A stretch of 32,000 bases of DNA from Bifidobacterium longum subsp. longum JCM 1217 (GTDB lineage: Bacteria; Actinomycetota; Actinomycetes; Actinomycetales; Bifidobacteriaceae), in assembly GCF_000196555.1 (NCBI RefSeq), contig NC_015067.1, forward strand, positions 1,440,001-1,472,000. The letters are read 5' to 3'. How positions within the stretch are numbered: the first letter of the stretch is position 1; every line of letters begins with the position of its first letter. The translations under genes and the position numbers were made by a program. The notes beneath the pieces are model-generated. The model saw only the letters and a program-made list of their open reading frames with translations. It did no database searches and was not told the DNA's origin. Below are positions 25,001-31,979 of this stretch, piece after piece.

Positions 25001-25726
25001 GTCGCGACGGCTCATCGAGCGTTGAGCGTCTTCGGCGTACAGGCGGGCTTGGGCGTCGCGTACGGATATCTGAATCGCGTCGGCGCGCCGGGAGATACGT
25101 GCCTGGCGTCCGAGGGGGCCGAGTTGGCGGTGAATCTCCCCCAGCAAATCGTCGAGTCGGCTCAGGTTCGTTTCGGTATTGGCCAGCTTGCGCAACGCGC
25201 GTTCCTTGCGCTTGCGGTGCTTCAGGATGCCGGCGGCCTCTTCGATGAACGCACGGTGGCCGGACGGGTCGGCCTTCAGAATCGCATCCAATCGTCCCTG
25301 GCCTACGATCACATGCATCTGCTGGCCAAGACCGGTATCGGAGAGGAGTTCCTGAATGTCGAGCAGGCGGCATTGCGAGCCGTTGATCGCGTATTCGGAG
25401 CCTCCGTTGCGGAAGATGGTGCGGGAGATGGTGACTTCCGTGTAATCGATATCGAGCGTGTGATCGGAATTATCGATGGTCAGGCTCACCTGTGCACGGC
25501 CTAATGGCGGGCGGGAGGACGTGCCTGCGAAAATCACGTCCTCCATCGAAGTGCCGCGCAGGTTTTTGGCGCCCTGCTCACCCATTACCCAGATCAGGGC
25601 GTCGACGATGTTCGACTTGCCCGAACCGTTGGGGCCGACCACCGCCGTGATGCCGGGCTCGAAGCGCAGCGTGGTGACGGAGGCGAAGGATTTGAATCCG
25701 CGGAGGGTGAGTTCCTTGAGATACAT
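22049..25726 (-). CDS. smc: chromosome segregation protein SMC
   Basis: 1225 aa. N-terminal Walker A is MYLKELTLRGFKSFA...GPNGSGKSNIVDA. Long coiled coils, a hinge, and a C-terminal LSGGERSLTALALLFAIF...FYVMDEVEAALD follow. Confidence 0.97.
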   Translation of the reverse strand: MYLKELTLRGFKSFASVTTLRFEPGITAVVGPNGSGKSNIVDALIWVMGEQGAKNLRGTSMEDVIFAGTSSRPPLGRAQVSLTIDNSDHTLDIDYTEVTISRTIFRNGGSEYAINGSQCRLLDIQELLSDTGLGQQMHVIVGQGRLDAILKADPSGHRAFIEEAAGILKHRKRKERALRKLANTETNLSRLDDLLGEIHRQLGPLGRQARISRRADAIQISVRDAQARLYAEDAQRSMSRRDTVRQELGAVRNQLAVAQRELAQVKVRIEQVEALSSESSPAIAKANQYWHEFSQTRERLNALAQLAEERSRSLAGQIVTNFGEDPGMLVKRAEELESQAAAQTKAVADARIALDKATEERADDEKKLASVRQTLTELRKTAQERDAQIARLRELIAREESAVQLATSRAKDYASQRDSLTSQRDDAQQQLDALRSEADSIADDDGAALDAARATLAECRERLNERADKQREIQSKIISLKSKADALADTLDSRNASGSLERDTDVASLGRLTDFIHVAEGWGEAVAHALDQYASAIVVPAAGNMLHALERAREDKLGKAVVLTASIAGDPATEPGTESEESSAENAGAAPQSGNALAALVTANPDAENPAQAEAVVRTVRLLLADVAAAGTADEAQQIVAFGEAMRAVTKNGETFTHGVAAVGGSSISQSDLSLAARRDKALAQVKQLTAQDGGMAEQVAEAKTKRDEAARLVDQESAKRTEARLKAQQAEKSLKSATDRVASFTRQLEQLDRKITETQENCNEHQLKLDDLNRALASARQSTAEHADFDELDERERTLERGLNLTREHEVAAKIAWTEASRKGESLSRQAGLLRDNAKEAAERRARIEALNDRRREQAAHLQGVADDARAVAAMVEHTLHDVAAKRDELQAAASSHDEELKALRAQRNQIEPKVTDLTGREHALDVNRERLAAESGQLMQKVSDELGLTLEELVGDYGPEQPVPVLDDEGNPVPLDETEAEAGTEEGETGGEAGTNGDSALFKTVPYNRQEQKKRLDKARRDLAALGKINPLATEEFEALEERNKYLNDQRNDVVKSRDDLMQLIKDLDSTMVQVFKSAFDDTAEAFEQMFATLFPGGTGRLRLENPEDMLTTGVLVEASPAGKRVKQLSLLSGGERSLTALALLFAIFTARPSPFYVMDEVEAALDDVNLTRLINAFNELRAHAQLIIITHQQRTMSIADALYGVTMRADGVTAVVSQKLER

Positions 25727-25786
25727 GGCGTGAGACTGTTTTCCGTATGCCGGGTGTCCGGGTATCCGATATGCCTTGGATGCGGG

Positions 25787-27484
25787 TTACCGGGCGTCGG
25801 CGGAATCGTCGGTGTCGGCGCTGGCTGTGTCAGTGCTGTCGGTGTCGGCACTGGCCGTGCCGGTGCCGGCGTCACCGGCCTGTTCCTTACCGAGGCCGAG
25901 GACGTCGAACACGTCGAAGTCGTCCGGGCTTACCGAATCCTCGAGGTTGTCGGCGGCCTCATCCTCGGCCTTGTCTGCCGGCTGATCCGAATCGTCCGGG
26001 TCAACCGCCGGCTGATGAACGGCCATAGCCTGCCTCATCGTGGGGCTGGCGTGTTCCTCAAGCATCAGGCGTGCGTCGCCGGCGGTGACGAAGCTGCCGC
26101 AGATAAGCACGCCGTGGCCGTAGCCCACGCCCAGCTCGTCCTCGGCATCGACCATATTGACGGCGGTCTGAATCGCGTCAGGCAGGTTCGCTTCCTTGAT
26201 CACACGGTCACGGCCGAACACGTCCACGGCAATCTTCTCAAGCTCGTCGGCCGGCATCACGCGCTCGCGCCACGAGTTCTCGGTGACCACCACGGAGCTC
26301 AGGATCGGCTCCAGAACACCCAGATATTCCTCGACCTGCTTGTCGCGCATCATGGCGACCACACCGACCAGCTGCTTGAAGTCGTAGCTTTCCTCGATGG
26401 CCTTGCGCAGGGCTTCGGCGGCATTCACGTTGTGTCCGCCATCCAGAATGATGGTCGGTGAGGTGCGGATCTGTTCGATGCGTCCGGGAATCTTGACCGA
26501 GCTCAACGCCTCGGCCACCAAGTCGCCGTCCAGCGGGCCGTTGACCGGAATCACCACTTCGGAAGCGGCGAGCGCGGCAAGCGCGTTGTGGGCCTGATGC
26601 TCGCCGAACTTGGCGATCGGCACGCCCTCGTAAGTGCCGTTGGGCGTGGTCAGGGTGGCGACTTGGCCGCCGACTGCGGCCATACGGTCGGACGCGGTCA
26701 TTTCGTAGCCGTCGCGCACGAGCATGGCGTGGTTGCGTTCGGCGGCTTCGGCGAGAATCGGCATGACGGCTTCCTCATGCGGCTGCGGGCCGATGATGGC
26801 GGTGCAGTTCGGCTTGATGATGCCGGCCTTCTCGGTGGCGATCTGTTCGACGGTGTCGCCCAGCCACTGCATGTGGTCCATGTCCACCGGGCCGATGATG
26901 GCCGCATCCGCGTTGAGCACGTTGGTGGCGTCCCACAGGCCTCCCATGCCGACCTCGACGATGGCCACGTCCACGGGCGTGTCGGCGAACTTCCAGATGG
27001 CCATGGCGGTGAGCACCTCGAAGAAGCTCATCTTCGGCTTGCCTTGCTCCTCCATCTTGGCGTCCACCAGGGCCACGAGATCCTTGGTCTGGTCCCAGAT
27101 GTCGATGAAATCGTCATCGGACAGCTGCTGGCCGTCGATGGCGATACGCTCGTTGATCTTCTCCAGATGCGGCGACGTGTACAGGCCGGTGCGCATACCG
27201 TAGGCGCGGCAGATGGCCTCGGCCATGCGTGCGGTGGAGCCTTTGCCGTTGGTGCCGGTGATATGAATCACGCGGAACGACTGCTCCGGGTGGCCCAGGA
27301 TGTCGAGCATCAGGTTCATCCGGTCGAGATCCAGATTGGTGGTGTTATGCTCCGGCGGGCGGCTCATGATGTCCAGTTCGACGTCCCGCATGCTCTCATT
27401 GTTCCGATTCGGATGCTCGAATGACATATCCTCTTCTAACCTCTGCTCGTGTTGCTGTTGCGCCGTTCGGAGTGCGTATGCCAC
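25787..27484 (-). CDS. folC: bifunctional folylpolyglutamate synthase/dihydrofolate synthase with an acidic low-complexity C-terminal tail
   Basis: 565 aa. Contains ...VIHITGTNGKGSTARM...VEVGMGGLWDATN...GPVDMDHMQWLG...LDGGHN... Several in-frame ATGs (27484, 27427 and others) make the start uncertain. Confidence 0.9.
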   Translation of the reverse strand: MAYALRTAQQQHEQRLEEDMSFEHPNRNNESMRDVELDIMSRPPEHNTTNLDLDRMNLMLDILGHPEQSFRVIHITGTNGKGSTARMAEAICRAYGMRTGLYTSPHLEKINERIAIDGQQLSDDDFIDIWDQTKDLVALVDAKMEEQGKPKMSFFEVLTAMAIWKFADTPVDVAIVEVGMGGLWDATNVLNADAAIIGPVDMDHMQWLGDTVEQIATEKAGIIKPNCTAIIGPQPHEEAVMPILAEAAERNHAMLVRDGYEMTASDRMAAVGGQVATLTTPNGTYEGVPIAKFGEHQAHNALAALAASEVVIPVNGPLDGDLVAEALSSVKIPGRIEQIRTSPTIILDGGHNVNAAEALRKAIEESYDFKQLVGVVAMMRDKQVEEYLGVLEPILSSVVVTENSWRERVMPADELEKIAVDVFGRDRVIKEANLPDAIQTAVNMVDAEDELGVGYGHGVLICGSFVTAGDARLMLEEHASPTMRQAMAVHQPAVDPDDSDQPADKAEDEAADNLEDSVSPDDFDVFDVLGLGKEQAGDAGTGTASADTDSTDTASADTDDSADAR

Positions 27485-27664
27485 TTACGTGTTCGCGCCA
27501 TTCTCGTCATGTCTACGCATGCCCGCATATATTCCGCTTCCGCATGCGCAGGAAGTTCCCCTTGCACAGGTTTGCTCTGCATGGTTCGGGATTCTTGCCT
27601 TCACGCGTGGAGCCGCACTCCCTCAATTCCCTCTATCCTAGCCGCCGGGGTGGTTTATCGTGCG

Positions 27665-27745
27665 CGCACAGTGAAACCGTCTCATATGTCGCCGCCGCGC
27701 GGGCAGTCTCTACCTGCAGCCACGCACAGTGAAGCCGTCTCATAT
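27665..27745 (+). repeat. two copies of a 23-bp direct repeat, 58-bp period, in non-coding DNA
   Basis: CGCACAGTGAAACCGTCTCATAT lies at 27665-27687 and CGCACAGTGAAGCCGTCTCATAT at 27723-27745, with one mismatch between them. Confidence 0.8.
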
Positions 27746-28357
27746 AGTTGCAATGCGGCTCTTGCCGTCGGCATCCCATTCTTAGTCGGCTGCAATCCAA
27801 AACTTGTATGTCCGGCGACGCTGATGCTATTCAGCGTCGGTACAGTGCCAGCTTCTGGCGGTACACCGACGCTATGATGCTCTTGCGAGTCGGTGGCTGG
27901 CCAAAACCTGGATTAATCCCGACTCCATCGCCTCTCAGTGTCGTCTCCTCGCCAAGGCATGCCATTCTGCCGTCGTTGAGAAATTTCAACGTCGTCAATC
28001 GACCATGTCTTGCCCCGGAAACGACTCTCACAAACGTCCTCTACATCATCTTTTGAACTCGCAGAGGCTCATTCACTGTTATGACTGCTCTCACCGTCGG
28101 CAGCCGTCCAAGCCCTGGATCTATGCCGCCAATAAATTGCAGCAAATCGTCGGCCCCGATACAACCATTGGACTCACGCCGACGCTAGATTCCACACTCA
28201 GACAGAAGCCAGCCAATATCTGAACCAGCACCGACGGCGTACAAAGCATAAGCACCGTTAACCGTCAATTCGCCGCCCTCTACCAGCTACATCCGCCTTC
28301 GCCGATGATATCTTGTTCGAATCCCCAAAGCACGTTGTTCGAATGACATTACTGATG

Positions 28358-28383
28358 GTGGATAAGTTTTGTGTGTTATCCAC
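28358..28383. repeat. perfect 8-bp inverted repeat whose arms look like DnaA boxes
   Basis: GTGGATAA-gttttgtgtg-TTATCCAC. Each arm matches 8 of 9 positions of the TTATCCACA consensus. It lies about 135 nt upstream of the orphan gene. Confidence 0.6.
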
Positions 28384-28516
28384 TATTCCGAATTAGCGGC
28401 CTAATACCTTGAAATTATCGGGAGTATCTCGCTCCAAGACAGCCAAGCTCCGAGGCTAGAACCACAATGGCTGAAATTCATACTTACGCTGCTTCGTTCC
28501 GGCTACGCTCGACGTC

Positions 28517-29497
28517 ATGAAGACACACAAAGCAGTGGCCTCGCTCATATCAGCCGCGCAGAATGAGCTGAGATGCGTCTATTCAAGAAATGAAGCGGAA
28601 CAGACCGCTCTACGCCGCCGTGCCCAGAGTGGTGAGTTGTTGAAAGTGTATGACGGCATTCCCAGTCTTTATGCAAATACTGCATACTGGGATGGTTTGA
28701 CGCCGCCGGAGCGAACGTTGCATATAGCCCGCGCTCTTGCGCAAGAGCATCCTCAGTGGGTTTTTGGCGGCTTGGTGGCAGTAAGTGCCTATGGATTCGA
28801 ACATCAATGGCATTTGCATGATGACTGCATAACCATCGTGACTTCCGATCATGGATCTCGTCAATGCCATCAGCGCTTACGACATGTCTATATGCCCGAT
28901 ATGAACAATCCGAAGACACATTACGAGGCCTCCGGCCTATCCCTGATATCACCGGCTAGAACCTTGGTCGAGGCCGCTATAGACCTTGATTTTCGGTTTG
29001 CGTTACCGATCTTTGACTCGGCCCTTGCCAAGGGAATAACCAAGGAAGAGATAGCCGCCGACTGCGTTCAATGGAGAATCGATTATGCCCGAGTATTCCG
29101 CCTGCTGCGCTATGCAAACGAAAGGAGCGAGAATGGTGGAGAATCCCTCGCGCGAGGCACCATCATCGAAGATCGCTTCCTCACGCCGCGTATTCAGGTA
29201 ACGGTGACCGACCCACAGACGAATACCGAGTACCGCGTTGATTTCGTATGGAAGCTCGATGACGGGCGCGTGATAGTGGCCGAATACGACGGCACACAAA
29301 AATACGTGGACCCAGCCATGACCGATAACCGCAGCATTCAGGAGGTGGTGGCCAAGGAACGCGCACGCGACGAGGGACTGAAACGAGCCGGTGCCACCGA
29401 AATCGTCCATTTCACATACGCCGACGTCATCGAACGTACTCCGCTGCGGGTAAAACTGATCAAAGCCGGGGTGCCTCAGGTGGAGACCTCCGCATAG
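28517..29497 (+). CDS. hypothetical protein with an AbiEi_4-like N-terminal domain and a DUF559/restriction-endonuclease-like C-terminal domain
   Basis: 326 aa. The N-terminus reads ALRRRAQSGELLKVYDGI...LTPPERTLHIARALAQEHPQWVFGGLVAVSAYGF. This resembles the actinobacterial pattern ...RRVRSGRLVRVHRGVY...LTPRARWLAAVLA...GAVLSHRSAAALWG. The C-terminus reads YRVDFVWKLDDGRVIVAEYDGTQKY...ERARDEGLKRAGATEIVHFTYADV, which resembles DUF559. GC is lower than in neighbouring genes. No SD precedes ATG 28517. Confidence 0.6.
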   Translation: MKTHKAVASLISAAQNELRCVYSRNEAEQTALRRRAQSGELLKVYDGIPSLYANTAYWDGLTPPERTLHIARALAQEHPQWVFGGLVAVSAYGFEHQWHLHDDCITIVTSDHGSRQCHQRLRHVYMPDMNNPKTHYEASGLSLISPARTLVEAAIDLDFRFALPIFDSALAKGITKEEIAADCVQWRIDYARVFRLLRYANERSENGGESLARGTIIEDRFLTPRIQVTVTDPQTNTEYRVDFVWKLDDGRVIVAEYDGTQKYVDPAMTDNRSIQEVVAKERARDEGLKRAGATEIVHFTYADVIERTPLRVKLIKAGVPQVETSA

Positions 29498-29800
29498 CAG
29501 TGAGTCCCGCGACGCGATAAACCTTCATCGCATGGGTTCACATGGATTCAGCCCACAGAATATGTCAATATCAATCGGCAAGCTCCAGCCCAAGCCCATG
29601 CCCCTCTCCTTCCCTACCGAGAACAATAAACGGGCCCGCATTCCAGCCCGCCGCACTCGCCATATGGGCATATCCGGAAGACCGTCCAAATTCCGTACTT
29701 GGTTTTACCGTCAGCCGTCAATCGTGGCACATCGCATAAAGCCGACTAATATGAGGTGGGAATCGATGATTCGACAACAACTACATACAGGAGAGTGGCA

Positions 29801-31396
29801 ATGGGTGAAGTGATCACCGCCAAGGACAAGGAATATGAGGCCGAAGAGCGCGCTACGGCACCGGGCGCGAACCAGTCGATGAGCGACCGCGTGAACAACC
29901 GCTCGCTGCGCCCGCAGTCGGCCGCATTCAAGGAGTTCATGAAGTCCGGCTGGGCCGACGATGATCCGGAGATTAATCCTCTCGAATCCTCCAAGTTCAC
30001 GCCAGCCCGCCTTGAGGCGCTGGGCAAGGCCTTCCCGGGCGAACGTCTGGTCATTCCGGCCGGCCAGCCGAAGGTGCGCAACAATGATTGCGATTACATG
30101 TTCCGCCCGGACACCACGTTCGCCTACTACACCGGTCTGGGTTCCGATTACGAGGCCGGCGCCGTGCTGGTCCTGAACCCGGTCGACCCCGACTCCCCCG
30201 AAGCCGCCGCCGGCAAGACGCACACTCCGGAACTGTTCGTGGCGCCGCGCGCCGACAATTCCACCGAGGACTTCTTCATGTCCGCCCACTACGGCGAATA
30301 CTGGGTTGGCCCGCGTGCCGGTCTCAAGGAGATGCAGGCGATGACCGGCATCGAAACCCACGACATCGCCCAGCTGGCCGACGCCCTGTCCAAGGACGTG
30401 GGTGCCGAAGCCGGCGCCGTACGCGTGCGCGTGGTCAGCGAAACCGACCCGCAAATCACTTCGATGGTTGAATCCATCCGCGAGGCCAACGGTTTCGCCG
30501 ATCCGGACAAGAACTCCGCATCCGACGACAAGCTGCACGAGTTCGCCGCCGAGGCACGCATGGTCAAGGACGGCTACGAAATCAACGAAATGCGCAAGGC
30601 CGTGGACGCCACCAAGCATGGCTTCGACCGTCTGCTCTCCGCACTGCCGGCCGCGCTCGACAAGCCGCGCTCCGAGCGTATCCTCGAAGGCGCGTTCAAC
30701 GCCGTGTCCCGTGAACTGGGCAACGCCGTCGGTTACGACTCCATCGTGGCTTCCGGCCCCCACGCTCCGATTCTGCACTGGATGCGCAACACCGGTGTGG
30801 TGAAGACCGGCGACATGCTGCTGGTGGATGCCGGCGTTGAGGTCGATTCCCTGTACACGGCCGACATCACCCGCACCTTCCCGACCAACGGCAAGTTCAC
30901 CGACTTCCAGAAGCGTCTGTACCAGGCCGTGCTCGACTCGCAGCAGGCCGGTTTCGAAGCCGCCAAGCCGGGTGCCACCTACTCCGACATCCACCACGCC
31001 TGCATGCGTGTGATCGCCGAGCGTCTGCACGATTGGGGTCTGCTGCCGGTGAGCGTCGAGGAGTCGCTGTCCCCGCAAGGCCAGCAGCACCGCCGTTGGC
31101 TCGCCTGCGGCGTGGCCCACCACCTGGGTCTTGATGTGCATGATTGCGCGCAGGCCCGTTTCGAGTCCTATCAGGGCGCGCCGATTCGCCCGGGCATGAT
31201 CTTCACGATCGAGCCCGGCCTGTACTTCCGCGAGGATGATCTGCTGATTCCGCCGGAATACCGCGGCATCGGCATCCGCATCGAGGACGACGTGCTCATG
31301 ACCGAGAACGGCCCCGAATGGATTTCCGCCGGCATCCCGAAGCAGATCGACGACGTCGAAGCCTGGATGGCCGAGCAGGCTGCCCAAGCGAAGTAA
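29801..31396 (+). CDS. pepP: Xaa-Pro aminopeptidase (M24B family)
   Basis: From ATG 29801 (AGGAGAG 5 nt upstream): MGEVITAKDK... Metal-ligand region reads LLVDAGVEVDSLYTADITRTFP...HHLGLDVHD...FTIEPGLYF...GIRIEDDVLMT. Confidence 0.88.
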   Translation: MGEVITAKDKEYEAEERATAPGANQSMSDRVNNRSLRPQSAAFKEFMKSGWADDDPEINPLESSKFTPARLEALGKAFPGERLVIPAGQPKVRNNDCDYMFRPDTTFAYYTGLGSDYEAGAVLVLNPVDPDSPEAAAGKTHTPELFVAPRADNSTEDFFMSAHYGEYWVGPRAGLKEMQAMTGIETHDIAQLADALSKDVGAEAGAVRVRVVSETDPQITSMVESIREANGFADPDKNSASDDKLHEFAAEARMVKDGYEINEMRKAVDATKHGFDRLLSALPAALDKPRSERILEGAFNAVSRELGNAVGYDSIVASGPHAPILHWMRNTGVVKTGDMLLVDAGVEVDSLYTADITRTFPTNGKFTDFQKRLYQAVLDSQQAGFEAAKPGATYSDIHHACMRVIAERLHDWGLLPVSVEESLSPQGQQHRRWLACGVAHHLGLDVHDCAQARFESYQGAPIRPGMIFTIEPGLYFREDDLLIPPEYRGIGIRIEDDVLMTENGPEWISAGIPKQIDDVEAWMAEQAAQAK

Positions 31397-31399
31397 CCT

Positions 31400-31430
31400 A
31401 AGCTCCCTCTGATGAGGGAGCTTCTTTTCT
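31400..31430 (+). terminator. intrinsic terminator after pepP (repeat-family hairpin)
   Basis: AAGCTCCCTC-tgat-GAGGGAGCTT is followed by CTTTTCT. Confidence 0.75.
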
Positions 31431-31444
31431 ACTAAGGAGGCAAT

Positions 31445-31966
31445 GTGTCCACTCCGGAATTTGTGTTGGAATTGCGTAAGAAGATCGGCCATGATCTGTT
31501 GTGGCTCAATGGCGTGACCGGTTGTGTACTGAACGAACATGGTCAACTGCTGTTGGGCCGTCGTTCGGACACGGGCGAATGGGCGATGGTCTACGGCATC
31601 AACGAGCCGGGCGAACAGCCGGCGGACACGGTGGTGCGCGAAATCAAGGAGGAGACGGGCATCGATGCCATCGTCACCGATTTGGTGGCCGTCACCTCGT
31701 CAAACAAGGTGCTGACCTACGCCAATGGCGACAACACCATGTACATGGATCATTCGTTCCTGTGCGCCCTGAAGCCCGGCGGCAATGCCGAGCCGTTCGT
31801 AGGCGACGAGGAAAGCCTGAGCGTCGGCTGGTTCGATCTGGATGACCTGCCCACTCCCCTGGCGGCCAGCACGAGCGAGCGGCTGGAGCTGTTCCATACT
31901 TACATCGAGAACAAAAAACACGGCGACGCCCACGCCCTGTTCCAGTTCGATGGGCAGCAGTACTAG
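31445..31966 (+). CDS. Nudix hydrolase
   Basis: 173 aa. The GTG start at 31445 has AAGGAGG 4 nt upstream. The Nudix box reads GEWAMVYGINEPGEQPADTVVREIKEETGI. Confidence 0.85.
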   Translation: MSTPEFVLELRKKIGHDLLWLNGVTGCVLNEHGQLLLGRRSDTGEWAMVYGINEPGEQPADTVVREIKEETGIDAIVTDLVAVTSSNKVLTYANGDNTMYMDHSFLCALKPGGNAEPFVGDEESLSVGWFDLDDLPTPLAASTSERLELFHTYIENKKHGDAHALFQFDGQQY

Positions 31967-31979
31967 CGGATATAAAGTT

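Noticed and set aside
27665-27745. CRISPR array
   Set aside because: There are only two repeat copies, the 35-nt spacer between them is a single instance, and no cas genes or leader are present. It is kept only as a direct repeat.
28121-28249. 42-codon hydrophobic minus-strand ORF (MLCTPSVLVQILAGFCLSVESS...) that might be a small membrane toxin
   Set aside because: It has no convincing SD, promoter or antitoxin context. Composition alone is not sufficient. It is left as part of the unexplained spacer.
28262-28345. Possible tRNA gene suggested by GTTCGAATCC
   Set aside because: A cloverleaf cannot be built. There is no complementary T-stem 5' strand or acceptor stem on either strand.
31443-31445. 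ATG at 31443 as the start of the Nudix gene
   Set aside because: That frame terminates after about 24 codons (MCPLRNLCWNCVRRSAMICCGSMA*). The Nudix frame starts at the overlapping GTG 31445.
29711-31546. 611-aa minus-strand ORF
   Set aside because: It is antisense to pepP, with no recognisable motifs and a Gly/Val/His/Arg-rich composition. The same reasoning applies to 15686..16999 and 17118..17822 (antisense to the epimerases). It also applies to 19515..20828 (murE), 14475..15566 (ispH), 2635..3903 and 3910..5037 (scpA/parA). It applies as well to 9328..10440 (rpmI/infC), 26588..27424 (folC) and 22955..23728 and similar ORFs inside smc.
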